From NCBI RefSeq assembly GCF_009834535.1, contig NC_045696.1, positions 19,036,001 through 19,100,000 on the forward strand: a stretch of DNA of 64,000 nt, written 5' to 3'. The translations under genes and the position numbers were made by a program. This DNA is from Camelus ferus. Lineage: Eukaryota. Below are positions 26,161 to 38,600 of this stretch, piece after piece. Every line of letters begins with the position of its first letter. Position 1 is the stretch's first letter. Below the pieces are notes generated by a model, which saw nothing but the letters and a program-made list of their open reading frames with translations, had not been told where the DNA came from and did no database searches.

Positions 26161-28019
26161 TATTTCAATCTACTAAATGGACTAATTAATTATTTGAAAA
26201 TATGTGGGAAATAATACGTATCTTCTAATTTAAAAGCTATATTTCTCATAAATAAATTGTATAACCATTTACTTGATCAGATTTTATAATCAAAGAAATG
26301 AACTTCACCTCGTCCTCACCTCATCTCATCTAAGCAGTTTCATGATGCTTGAATTTCTACAATTGTTTCGTTTTTCTAACTTAAGAATTTTATTTTACTA
26401 ACCACCTTTTATGCCCATTCAAATCCTGCAACCCCTGAGAACTGTAGCTATTTGAACTGTAATCATAATTTATACCTAACAAGGAGAATAATTTCTGAGC
26501 AGAATTTTTATGAAGAAATAGGAGTTAGGGAATAGAAGAGGATAGAAAAAACAGTGTAGATGCAGTTAATTGTGAGCTGAAAATTTGCATTTATGGCAGA
26601 GAAATTAAAATGCTGATGCACTGAAGATAAACTTTGACTTTTTAACAATTGTATTCAGTGACAACGTTATTTGACATCCACTAATTATAGTTGCATAATG
26701 TGTTATTACTGTATTCCATTAAATATATTGTTCTCCTTCCTCTTGGAAGGTTGAAAGCATAAAAAGAAAATACCGTTTTTTTGGCAAAGGTAAAAGTTGT
26801 CAATTTTCATTGTCACAAAACTGTTGGATAAAACATATTTTACTTATAAAATAATAAATGATTAGCTCTCATATTTAATAATGTTTTCCTTTTGACTCTT
26901 CTTAACATCAGTTGTACACACTTGTTCATTCTTCTACCTTGGAAATATTATTTATTGATCTGCATTAACACCATTGTTATATTTTTGCTTTATCCTTAAA
27001 CTGTTGTTTGAACTAAATGCATGTAATTGTAATTTATGTACCATTTATTCACTATCAATAGAGGATCAACTATATTTTATATATGTATTTATATAAAATT
27101 AGAATTTTAATTCCAATAGAGGTACAGTTATTTGCCTATCTATAATTTATGTATAAATATATAGCATTTATAGATGAAGTTATATGATTTAGGGATATAC
27201 ACATATTTTACAATTATTCATTTATTTTATAGTAATACAGCTACACTCTAGCCTCAAGATTATTCAGATTTTTAATCATGCTATTTCTATTTAATCACTC
27301 TTTCTAGTGAAATTTTTTTTGGAAGAAGTTGACATTTTCTTTTAATTTGAATGGACGACTTTCTAGTCTTGCTAGGCATCCTTCAACCTATCAATTAATT
27401 TCACGACCCTTTTGAATTAAGTCCACACTTAAACTCATGTTCATTATAGTAATTGTGTTAGAATTCTGATGAATATATTCTTGAATGATTCTTTTAGATA
27501 GAGTAATACTTAATTAAATTACTATTGACTTATAATTTAAAAACTTTATTTAGCTTTGGCACTCAGCTTATAGTTTGACTGGGATTTTTTTATTAGGAAT
27601 GAATTCAGTTGAGATTAAGAGGAACTCCCCTCAAATGTTTTAAAGAAATGAAAGATTTATTTTGGCTGAGAAGTCTGAAGATGATTTGGCAGTTCAGAGA
27701 TACCAGCAAGGAAACATGTGTTGCCCACCTTCCAGCACCTATATCCTCAGTTATGCAGTTTTGATTTTCATGTTCATAAGATGATGATGCCTGTCTAGCT
27801 GTCATACCCTTTCCTAGAGGGGAAAATGTAAAGCAAACCCTTCCTCTAGTGCTTACCCTTACTATTAAGACAAGACTCACAGGTTTCTCTATGCCTACCC
27901 TAAGTTGATTGCAAGACAGACCAGCATATCAAGTATATTTTATTCCCCCCACTATCTACAGTAAAGACAGCAAACGTATAGAATTCAAATAGCTCCTATG
28001 TTATTGGGTGAACTGTCAC

Positions 28020-28715
28020 GTTATCTTCTAACATTCTGTGTTTTGGGAAAAATATCAGTGATTTCTTTTCCTTAAGAGATAACCTGTAGTTTTTCTCTGA
28101 AAACTTTTAAGATCTTGTATTTCACTTGGAGTTTGTCAAAATTCTGAAGGAGGTGTCTAATTGTAAATAAATTTTAATTCAGTTTCTGAGCACTTGTCTA
28201 GATTTTTCATGTTGAAAATTCATTCTTCAGGTCTGAGAATTTGTAGAAATCTCTGATTATATCATCTCATTTTGTTAATTTTTTTTTCTTTTCTGCTACT
28301 ATATTATGTGGATGCATTACCACTTGGACTGGTTTTTTTATATCTTTTCTATACTTTATTCATCTTATTCTTCTGTCTTTTGGTTCCTTATTCTGGAAGA
28401 ATTCATTCCTTTTCTCCTGCAATCTTGTAATGATTTTTTTTAATATTATATTTATTTAAAAAATACTGTGTTGTTAACTGCAGTGAAATTATTAATTTTA
28501 ATTCTTATTCATAAGAACATTTTCCTCTTATATAAATTCAGTATTATTTCAAATCTTTAAGAAGACAGACATTAAATTTTTTAGAGTCATTTATTTTCCA
28601 TGAATTATCATCAGTTATTTAGGACTATAATTCTGTTTGCCTTATTTTCTGTAACGTTCTTACTAGATTTTCTTAAATGTTTGGTGATCCTCTATTGTCT
28701 ATTTGGTTTTAAGAC
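28020..28715 (-). mobile_element. Ancient L1ME/HAL1-like ORF1 fragment
   Basis: T-rich plus strand with degenerate antisense L1 ORF1 motifs. Confidence 0.5.
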
Positions 28716-28856
28716 TTGTCGATATAGGTCTAGAGCAGGACTCAGTCTCAGTTGTGATCTTTCCCCGTGTAAATTCTTTCTGCCTATACCAATCCTAATT
28801 CAGTCCATAATGACTCAGCAAATGATCCTTGAGAAAGGAATACATGGCAATATCAG

Positions 28857-29370
28857 TGTAGTAGACAGAATCCTAAAATCTCCAGGATTTCCCTTTCTGG
28901 TGTGCATGATATGCGTAAAATGGATAGTTAGGTGGATTTTACTCCTGTAATTAGGTCGTGTATATTACATAGTTGCCCTTAAGATAGAAAACTCATGGGT
29001 GGTCTTGACATAATCACATGTCTCCTTTAAAGACAGCATTTTCTCCCGTTGATTGTAGAAGTAGAAGTTAGAGATTTCAACAATAGGGAGAATTTGAAAT
29101 GATGTTTGCTTGAAGTTGGATGATCCATATGGCAAGTACAGCAGGTAGCATTTAAGAGAGAAAAGCAGCTTCTAGACAGCAGTCTGTGTGGAACCAGGGA
29201 TCTGAGTTCTACAGCCCCAGAAACGTAGTTCTTCCAATGATGCAAATGATGTTGGAAGTGGATGTTCCCCAGAACCTCTAGAAGAGAACTCAGCCTAAAT
29301 GATACTTTATTTCAGGCTTGTGGTATTTTGTATGTACTGAGTCACAGTGGCTAGACATCAGATTTCAGAC
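28857..29370 (+). mobile_element. MLT1E-like MaLR LTR
   Basis: 'tgtagtagacagaatcctaaaat...actcctgtaattagg...taatcacatg...tggaagtggatgttccccagaacctctagaagagaactcagcc'. Confidence 0.8.
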
Positions 29371-30110
29371 AGTTGGGAAGAGGCTGAAAGAATTTTTGAG
29401 GCACAAGATAGGAGAAGAAAAAAAAAAAGCCTAGGTTGCCTTGAACGAGTTATTAGAAATATGAATACTAGACATTTCCTGTGAGGGTTCAGTTGGAAGT
29501 GAGGAGCATATTATATAAATACTAAATCATCTTTTTAAAAGTCTAAATTATATAGAAAAAAAGACTTTTAGTAGATATATGACTTTCAGAAGCCAGTGAG
29601 GGCTCAGAAGAAAGTGAAAAGCATGTTATTGGAAAACATAGGAAGGTAATTGCAGAAAGGTAGTGATCATACCTTAGCAAAACTGAGTCCTAAACTAAGG
29701 CAAAAAGCAGAGCTCTTAAGCAATAAACTTGACTATTTTGTTGAGGTTACTTCCAAGGAAAGTGCTGAAGACAGTGCCTTGTTTATTGTTGCCTAGATAC
29801 ATTGAAAGAACTGTTAAGAAAAAGGACGTATAGAATTTTGATTTGGGAAATTCTGAGACTATCCAGTTGGCAAAAATGCTAAAATTAGTAAATGGCTACA
29901 AAATATGAGACATAGAGAAAAGTCTGAGGGTATACCATATTTTGCCGAAAACACAAAAGAATCAAAGGTTAGAGTATTAGATCACTTTAGATTAAAAGTG
30001 TGCCTTATAGATCTTTTTCAGTCAAACCAGAAGGTATAAAAAAGCCAAGGAGTGTTATCCGTGAACCATCTAAGCAGAAACCCAAAATAGTGAGATTTCT
30101 ATAGATGTTA
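29371..30110 (+). mobile_element. MaLR (MLT1) internal sequence
   Basis: 'gggaagaggctgaaagaatttttgaggcac...gtgagggctcagaagaaagtgaaaagcatgttattggaaa...ttgaggttacttccaaggaaagtgctgaag' is typical of MLT1-int and follows the LTR. Confidence 0.75.
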
Positions 30111-30249
30111 TCTTATGCCTGTCGTAACATTTTATTTAGGGATGTTGGAAGCTGATAACTTATCTCTTTAATTCTTCTGGTCCAAAGATGGAAAGAAATT
30201 TTGCTCCAAGAGGCATGGTAATCAAATTTAGTTGAGATTTGAGTGATGT

Positions 30250-30890
30250 TACCAAAATGGTGAAAGAGGAGTTTTCTACAATCTACCCCTGCCAAGAACA
30301 CTGATTTAGAGTATCACCTACAGATGAGAGTGTCTGTGGAAATCTAGGAGTTCAGCAGAGAAGTTTCAACACACCGTTGGAGCAAATAGGGAAATGATAA
30401 AAGTATTACAAAACAACCAGACAACAATTAAAAAGATGGCATAAGTAAATATTTACCTATCAATAATTACTTTACATGTAAATGGATTATTTTCTCCAAT
30501 AAATTCTATACAGTGGCTAAATGGACAAAATAACAAGACCCAACAGTTTGTTGCCTACAAGAGACTCACTTCAGCATTAGGGACAAACATAGGCTCAAAG
30601 TAAAGGGATGGGAAAAAAAATTCTATGCAAAAGAAAACCAAAAGAGAGCAAAGGGAAATCAGAGGAAATAGGTCCTAAGTCAAAAGAATTAACAAGAGAT
30701 AAAGAAGACTATTATATAATAATAAATGGGTCAATTCATCATGATGATATAACAATTCTGTGTGTGTGTGTGTGTGTGTGTATAGATCATATATATATAT
30801 ATATATAGATCATCCAGACAAAAAAAAAAATCAATAAGGAAACACTGGGCCTGAACTATACTTTAGACCAAATAGAGTTTATATACATAT
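30250..30890 (+). mobile_element. L1 relic: probable 5'UTR start joined to the ORF2 endonuclease N-terminus
   Basis: Translates as LSIITLHVNGLFSPI...QDPTVCCLQETHFSIRDKHRLKVKGWEKKFYAKENQKRA...RDKEDYYIIINGSIHHDDITIL...INKETLGLNYTLDQ, the APE endonuclease domain. Confidence 0.9.
30759..30808. repeat. (TG)n(TA)n compound microsatellite
   Basis: Directly visible. Confidence 0.9.
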
Positions 30891-30982
30891 CCATTTGCTC
30901 TTTGGTATCTGTGGGAGATTGGTTTCAGGACCCTTGTGGATAACAAAATCTGCAGATATGCAGGTCTCTCATATAAAATGGC
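30891..30982 (+). mobile_element. MER2-like (TcMar-Tigger) terminal fragment
   Basis: 'tggtatctgtgggagattggtttcaggacccttgtggataacaaaatctgcagatatgcaggtctctcatataaaatggc' matches the MER2 end. Confidence 0.75.
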
Positions 30983-33927
30983 TTTCTTCAAATCACATGT
31001 CTTACCTCTTTTTCTGCATTCAAGTACACAACTACAATTATAGGTCATATCTTCTTGATGAAACATAAATTAAGAATGCTAAGAGTAATAAGCCACTTAG
31101 CTTTTACTGGAAAAAAAAAATGGTAGTACTCACATTCTATTTTAAATTCTTTTGGAGCTGATGCATTTATAAATTAATATTTACTTCACAAAAACATAGA
31201 GAAATTTACTAGGTATGAACTGATAGCATTTCATTTAAAATCCTAATATAACCTTAATTTTGTTAAGAATATAAATAATTTTTAAATTGTGGAAATGTTG
31301 GGGATGCAGCCCAGTTCTCAATTCTGGAATATGGTTAAAAAACTTTTTTTTACATAGAATTCAAATTGTATAACAGAGAGTAAAGGTTGTATTTAAAAAT
31401 GTTATAAAAATAAAAATAAAAATAAATATGTTATAAGTGTAGCCTAGAGAGAAACAGAACTACACAAGCATGGCCCGCAAGGCATTCATACCTGTAAGAG
31501 GGCACAGCTTTTTTTATGGTCAGGATCCTGTCAATAACAAACAACTTACAACTTATGAATAATGATCAGTGATGTTTGTCCTCAAAAAGAGGGAAAATAG
31601 TGAACTCAATCTACATCAACCTTTTCTTAATGAAAACAGTACCCTATGCCTGAATAAGCATTCATGTTGAAAAAGGCTATTTGAATTAAATTACCAGGTA
31701 TTTCAAAAATACTTGCTTTCATTAACTCTAGTACCAAGGCACATACAAATAATCCAACATCATGGTTCTTGGAAATGAACAAAAATATAGTGTGTGTCAA
31801 GCACTAAATATATTTTAAGTACTTTCATATCTAAAACTACAATTTACTGTTACAACACTACCATGAAGTAAATCGGATTATGTTCTGAACATTACAGTTG
31901 AGCAGGTAAGAGATTAAATCAAATATCACTGTAATTGATATTGACAAGCCAGGCTGGCTGTTTTTGAAAATGTGGAAGCTGTGACAATGATAAAAACAAC
32001 ATCTGTATCCTAGTGGTTTACACGCATTATCCCATTTTACCGTAATATAACAATCAGTTATGTTACAGTCTGTGAACCCACGGAATGTTTAACACCCAGT
32101 TCCACGTTGTACAGAGGAAAAATAAGATCAAAATAAACCCAGTGGTTCCTCTAAATCCAAATAAGCTCCTTGTGAATGTTTTTGTTCCCTGAACTATCAC
32201 ATAATTATTGATAATTTCTTTCAAATTATAAAGGAAAAGATTAGTTAAAATTCCTTTTCCATTGGAGAGTCCTGTCATACGCTTTGAAAGATGACATCCT
32301 GCATTAGCTCCAGGTAAAGTACAGATTACTTAAAAATTTTGCGTTTAAGAGTTACCATATTCTAGGAAATAATAACATTTACTAAAAAAAAAAATCAGTG
32401 AAAATGAACCATCCTCAAGCTGATTAGATTCTTTTCTTGTGACTTATGATATATTGGCTTCTTTTAGAACAGATTCCATCTATTTCCAGTCATTTGTTCA
32501 GCTTTGAAAATAAATATAAGCATTTTGTGTCATTGTTTTCTAAAGGGCAGACCATGCCTTTTCTATTTGGTATACTATTTTTTAAATGTCACAAAATGGC
32601 AAAGCAGTAAAGAATCCTAGAGACCAAGAGAAACACATTTTTGCATATTTAATTGCAAAAGAGAGAGCAGAAAAATATTCCCAAGGTTTTCAAGCAACTT
32701 TTGTCTAAAATATATGTGAATATTTTATTGATGACTGTATTAAATAGGGAAATAACTTTCTCTTGATTACCTGTGCACAGATAAAATGCTTAAGCATATT
32801 TATGATTGAAAACATTTAGAAATACTCTTCTAAATGGAGATGGTTAGAATGAGCGTTGTTTCCAAGTTTGCTTCTCCACCCTCCCACCCCTGTATCTATT
32901 AACATAGATGATACTGACTGATTTGACTTAAAGTTAGGATCAGATTGAATTTGGGGGAAACATTTAGCAACTTTCTTTCCTCTTCTTGATTAAAAATACC
33001 TTTTTTTTTTCCTGTGATCTCAGCCATTTTTATGTTTCCCGATACAGTTACTCAACTCTTCTGGTGAGACCCAAATTTTAAGGCCCTCTAAGATCCACAC
33101 ATATGTCTATTAAACTACTACACATTGTTGAATTATTACCCTACATGTAACACAAGCCAAATATAATTCAAATTGAACTCTTCAGTTCTGCCAGGATTTT
33201 GCTATTTACTGGAATTCAGTAGACCATCTATGGCATAGCCATTTCCTTTCAAATCAAAGCCCTCAGCAACATGATTGATTCATTCACTTCCATTATTTTA
33301 AGACCAATGCATGAGGAGATGATGGAAGTAAGTGAAGGGCATCTCAGATATGCCCTTTGCTTCTGTCTGTGTGTACCCTTTATCTTCCCTGGATTAGGAT
33401 TGTGTAGTGTCTTGTTAATATTAAAATTCTTTCACTTGTACTCAAAGACCCTATCATCTATTCCTACCTCCACCACATCCATACTGGATTTATTTTCTGC
33501 CAATAAAACTATGATGCAATAGTAACTACCTATCTTCTTTAACTTACTGTTGCTTTTAGTTTGGATTACAAATACCTTAGCATGACGTAAAAGGTTCATC
33601 ACATTCTGGTCCAACAATGCTCTCAGATTTTATTTTCTGCTTTGGCCACATACCTCATGAAAACTGCACTCTGGTCCTTGTAAACTTCTCATCTGTTACT
33701 GAGTAGTGTATGAATAATATATTTTATTATTATTTCACTCCACGTGTGTTTTCCTTTTCCTGAAATGGCCCTTCTGCATTCTTCATCCAACAAACTTCTT
33801 TTAAGTTCTATTTACCGTTCCATTTTATCTTCCTATTGACCTTTCTTAATAATTTTTAAGAAATCAACATTTACAGAAAATGTGCAAATATATTGACTTT
33901 TTTTCCTGAACCATTGAACCAGTAATG

Positions 33928-34384
33928 TGCATCATTCAGAGTTCAGCCAGAGAAGCAGAATCAGTAGAGGGTAAAGATATTAGAATATATGTTACAAGGA
34001 ATTGCCTGTGTGATTTTGGAGGCTACCTAAGGAAGTCAGAGCTCCACAAGGCAGACATCAGGGAGGGAAGAGCATGGGCACGCTACAATTCCTTAGGCAG
34101 GCCTTAAGCTTTTGTCCACAGAATGGGTATCTCCCTAGACTAAAGTTAACCGATTATGGACTTTAATTACATTGCAAAATTCTTCATCAACCATTTTGTA
34201 TCTTTCCACATCTGTTATTGTCTTCTGCCAGATGTTTGGTAAAGATCAAGACCTGAAGTAGCATAAGAGAATGGTTGGATCCAGTTTGACTGAATGACTG
34301 AGAGAAGGAAGTGTGGCTGCAGCAATCCCTTCCATCCTGGTGATTCATTTAGCTTAGACAAGTTGACTCAAAGAAACCATCAAA
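33928..34384 (-). mobile_element. MLT2-family ERVL LTR carrying a 97-bp foreign insert
   Basis: 'cagagttcagccagagaagcagaatcagtag...taaagttaaccgattatggactttaattacattgcaaaat...agcttagacaagttgactcaaagaaaccatca' is antisense MLT2. Confidence 0.8.
34189..34285 (+). repeat. 97-bp dispersed direct repeat, copy A
   Basis: Ungapped 92/97 identity to 38504-38600. Confidence 0.97.
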
Positions 34385-34537
34385 GGTAATGACTTATTGC
34401 CAAATACCTTAGTGTTTATTTCTAATATCAAGATTAAGACATTAACATCATTACATTACTAACTTCTAATTCTCAGACCCCACTTAATTCTGTCAATTTT
34501 CTTAATAATGACATGCAGCAAAAGGAACAAGTTGAAA

Positions 34538-34690
34538 TGTACCTCTTTTGAGGAGGTTGGTACTTTAGGATGATAACTGGGGAGTCTATGCATGGGTGGA
34601 TGTAGGGGTATTTGGGAAATATATTTTCTTTCAATTTTGCTGTGAACCTAAAACTGCTCTAAAAAACAATGTCTTTAATTTTAAAAAGCA
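34538..34690 (+). mobile_element. L1MC-type 3' end
   Basis: 'tcaattttgctgtgaacctaaaactgctctaaaaaa' is the L1MC 3' terminus motif. Confidence 0.8.
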
Positions 34691-34699
34691 TAAATTTAC

Positions 34700-35600
34700 A
34701 GCAAATCTAAAGTCAAAGGGTTCATTCTACTTTTTTTCTTCCTATTTCCAGTTAGAAATATGACCCTATCACTCTTAATAAATTTAATTATTTGATCAAA
34801 CTCTCCAACATGTAATCAATATACTACCTTCAGCTACTACCCTTCTCCCTGTGTAGATTACTTTATCCACACTCATGCTCTGACCCCCTACTTGCTCTGC
34901 TCACTTTTCAAGACCCTGCACCAGGCCTCCCATGAAAATTTTCACCTCACCCTTCAGGGGCTCCAACCGCTCACTCAGAATTATCAGCCTGTCGGCATGG
35001 ATGCTTTTCCCACCTTACTTGAGATCTGACATCTGGGGCAAGGTCATCTTACACTGATGCCACAATGATGATCTTCTCACCCTGCTTACCTTTAGACACT
35101 ACCTTGAGCTGCATCCATTTGTGGATGCCTCCTTACACTGCTCTGGCTCTAACATCTTACCACCATGTCAATGTCCTTCTCAGTCTGTGACACTCTGTAT
35201 CCAGAACCCCCATGACATGCATGCCTGGTTCTCAACACTTAGCTTCTGCCTCCTCCCACTCGACCATTCTCCAGGTGGGGCTCTCCTCAATCTCTTACTT
35301 TGATATCCTATTCTAGGTCTCTCATTTGGGTTCCGTTACCCATCCTGCTCCAGCTCACATTCCCCAAGTGAGAAATCCCCCTACATGGAAATCCCTTCCA
35401 TCCTTTTGGAGTTCCTTTACCACACTGAGAATCACCCCTCTGCATCCTGCTTGATTCTCACTCATCATGCTAGCCAAGGAAATGCCCTATTTACCCTACT
35501 TGGGTCCTAACACTGCTCTGTGCTCCATGGCTTTCTTAGGCCCAGACAGAAAAGGATACCTGACTTGCTCTGATCAAGCTAACAGCTTTAAGACTAAATT
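34700..35600 (-). mobile_element. L1MC4a-like 3'UTR fragment with degenerate internal repeats
   Basis: 'aaagtcaaagggttcattcta' followed by repeated C-rich 'catggatgc...ctcaccctgct...gctctgac' units. Confidence 0.55.
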
Positions 35601-37768
35601 GTTTAAGAATAAACTGCTTACTAATGGAAAGGAAGAGAATAGGAAGATGAAGAAACTCTACTCACTTTATAGCAAAATCTTTTCTGGTATGTGTGAGTGT
35701 TTTGATAGATTCTCTTGAGTTTACAGTATTCACCTGTAGGAAATCAATGTACATCTTCAAATAATCTTGTACTACTTCATAAATAAGGTGTTTATGTTCC
35801 TGCTGTTTTTAAAATACATGTCATAAACTTTCTAATACATTGTTATTATATTGCTTTAAATGACCGATATTCCTTTAAATAAAATGAAGATAGATATGTG
35901 ATAAAATGAGCTTTTATTTATGCCCACACATTTACTCTTTTCTGGTGTTTATTCTGTCTTGTACCATCTGGTATATTCCCTTACCCTGGAGAGCTTCCTT
36001 TAGCTTTTCTTATAATATGAGATACTGGCAGCAGGTTATTTTAGCTTTTCATCCGAAAATCTGCTTATTTAACATTTGTTGTTTAAAAAAAATTTTCCTT
36101 GGATAAATATTTTTGAATTCACAGTTTATTTATTCCTAGTCATCCATTGTGCTTGTATTTACCCCTAATTTCTCTTCTTTGTATGTATCCTAAATTGATT
36201 TTCCTTATTTTCCTATATTTGTGAGTTGCTATTTTGATCACTTTGGAATCCACCTGCTATAAGGTTTTAAACTGTCACATTGTGAGAATGTGAGACTTCA
36301 ATACTGTAAGGTCAGAAGTTTGTAGAACATGGTATTATGGAAAAATCAATTACAAGAGAATAAGTTTGAGACCCTGTGCTACCAGAAGAAGTCAAGATGA
36401 TGAGTCTGTGATAGTGACAGACTCTGAGAACACATAATCGTTTTGATTTTCTAATCCTAATCCCAACTTCTGCTTACTCTGAAGATTCCCATAAAATAGA
36501 ATTACTTGTTGAAGCAGATTAACTGTGCATTTGGAGTTCACTGAGATTAAAATCTAACATACCATAGCATAGAGTTGGTCAACGTGTGGCTATTTTTCCA
36601 AATACTATCTTTCTGGGGCTGCACGGCTCCCATATCTGCTCTGATCCCAACCTTAGCAACTGGACTCCTGGATAAAATTGCTCCTTGTGCATTCATCACC
36701 TAGGAAGGGCATCTCCCAATGAAATGTAGTATTTTTAGATTTCTTTATGTCCACGACTCTTTGTTACGGCTTTAAAGAAAGCAATTTCTTTCTCAATATT
36801 GTGATTTCTTCTGTAGAAGTGAAAGTTATCCATGGTCTTGCCTTCTAAACCTAACCGTGAGTGGAACTTCTCAAATCCCACTTTAAGATGTATTTCTGAG
36901 TTGGATTCCCTGATCCTATGCAAATAGGATGAATATAAGAAGGGATTGTCCATTTCCTTTGTTCTAAGAATTTGCTGTTGACACTCATATTCTTGAGTAT
37001 ATGTTATGATATCTAACATATCATAACACCTATCCATCAATTTTTAAATTTCTATCTAACTACCTCTGGATCTTTCTATGTCTGTCTATCATAAATAAGA
37101 GATGGTATATTATTTTTATATTTCAAGTTTCTAATGCATACAGCAGGCTCATGAATTGAATAAGCAGATAAATGTAAAACTGAATAAAGAAGGTTCTATA
37201 AGATGTGTTTGCAATGAATCCATTTAAGCGCCTTAGATGTATGCTTGCAAATGGGGCATTTTTAAAACTATACATAATGTTTTATCTTTGATTAAAATGT
37301 TAGAGATTATTTTATGTCATTATGGAAAAGCTAGGATAGGAGATAAAAATGTTATCAAAGAAGAAACTTTAACATTAATTTTTGTCCTTAGACTCCACAC
37401 AATACCCCTCAGGGTGAGGCATCTGCTGTGATGTTTACTTTAATGTACTAATTTTTACCTACAGATTTTAATCAGAACTCAGCAGGAAGGAACTGTAGTT
37501 TCTTTTCTGAGAAAGAAATTTCCTCAATTTAAGGTTTCTTTTTACTGATATCTAATTTTTTAATCTGACTTGTTTATGCAGTCATCGACACCCTTGCTTT
37601 GCATTTGTATTTCTGATATTTTTATGGTTCCTGCCTCTTGAATTTGTGAGTTCAGACTAATATATTAGTGGTAACATGTTAGCACTATTCAGATGAATCA
37701 GGGTGATGTTTGTTAAGAAAGGAACTCGTGTATTCTAAGGTGCCAGTAATATCACAATGTTAGTTCTT

Positions 37769-38284
37769 TAAAAAAAATTAACTCATTTTTTAATTGAAGT
37801 ATAGTCAATTTACAGTGTTAGTTTCAGATGTACAGCAAAGTGATTCAGTACATATACACACATATATATATTTTGTAGATTCCTTCCATTACAGCTCAGT
37901 ACAAGAAATTGAATACAGTTCCCTATGCTACACAGTATGTCCTTGTTCTTTTTCTATTTTATGTATAGTAGTGTGTATCTATTAATTCCAAAATCCTAAA
38001 CTATCCCCACCCACCCCACCCCCCCAGTAACCACAGTTTGTTTTCTATGTTTGAGAGACTATTTCTGGTATTTCTGGTTTGTAAGTAAAATCTGTATCTT
38101 TTCTTTTCTTTTTTATTTTTTTTAGATTCCACATATAAGTGACATCTTATGATATTTGTCTTTCTCTGTATTACTTACTTCACTTAGTATGACAATTTCT
38201 AGGTCCTTCCATGTTGCTGCAAATGGCATTATTTCTTTTTTATGGCTGAGTAATATTCCATTGTATATAAAAAGATGTGGTATC
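37769..38284 (-). mobile_element. Cetartiodactyl-type L1 3' end, 5'-truncated, with 14-bp TSD
   Basis: 'ttaattgaagtatagtcaatttaca...ttagattccacatataagtga...gttgctgcaaatggcattatttc'. TSD caatgttagttctt at 37755-37768 and 38285-38298. Confidence 0.93.
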
Positions 38285-38503
38285 CAATGTTAGTTCTTAC
38301 ACAGTTCCTTGAACAGGAAGAACAAGAAATAACTTAGAGGGGAAGAGAATGTCAAAGGGATGACTTTTAGTTCTAGTGAAATTGCTATTGATAAATTACA
38401 TAGACCACACATCAGCTGTCCTGAGCCCCTGGCACGTATTCACCAACATGCTTGTTTCATGTCATTTCTGATTAGTTTTGAACACACAACTATTTCTGCA
38501 TAA

Positions 38504-38600
38504 AACCATTCTGTATCTTTCCACATCTGTTACTGTCTTCTGCCAGATCTTTGGTAAAGATCAAGGCATGAAGTAGCATAAGAGAATGGTTGGATCCAGT
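38504..38600 (+). repeat. 97-bp dispersed direct repeat, copy B (likely donor)
   Basis: Ungapped 92/97 identity to 34189-34285. Confidence 0.97.

Noticed and set aside
28600..28950. 116-aa hydrophobic ORF
   Set aside because: Spans an antisense L1-like relic and an MLT1E LTR; the hydrophobicity reflects T-richness.
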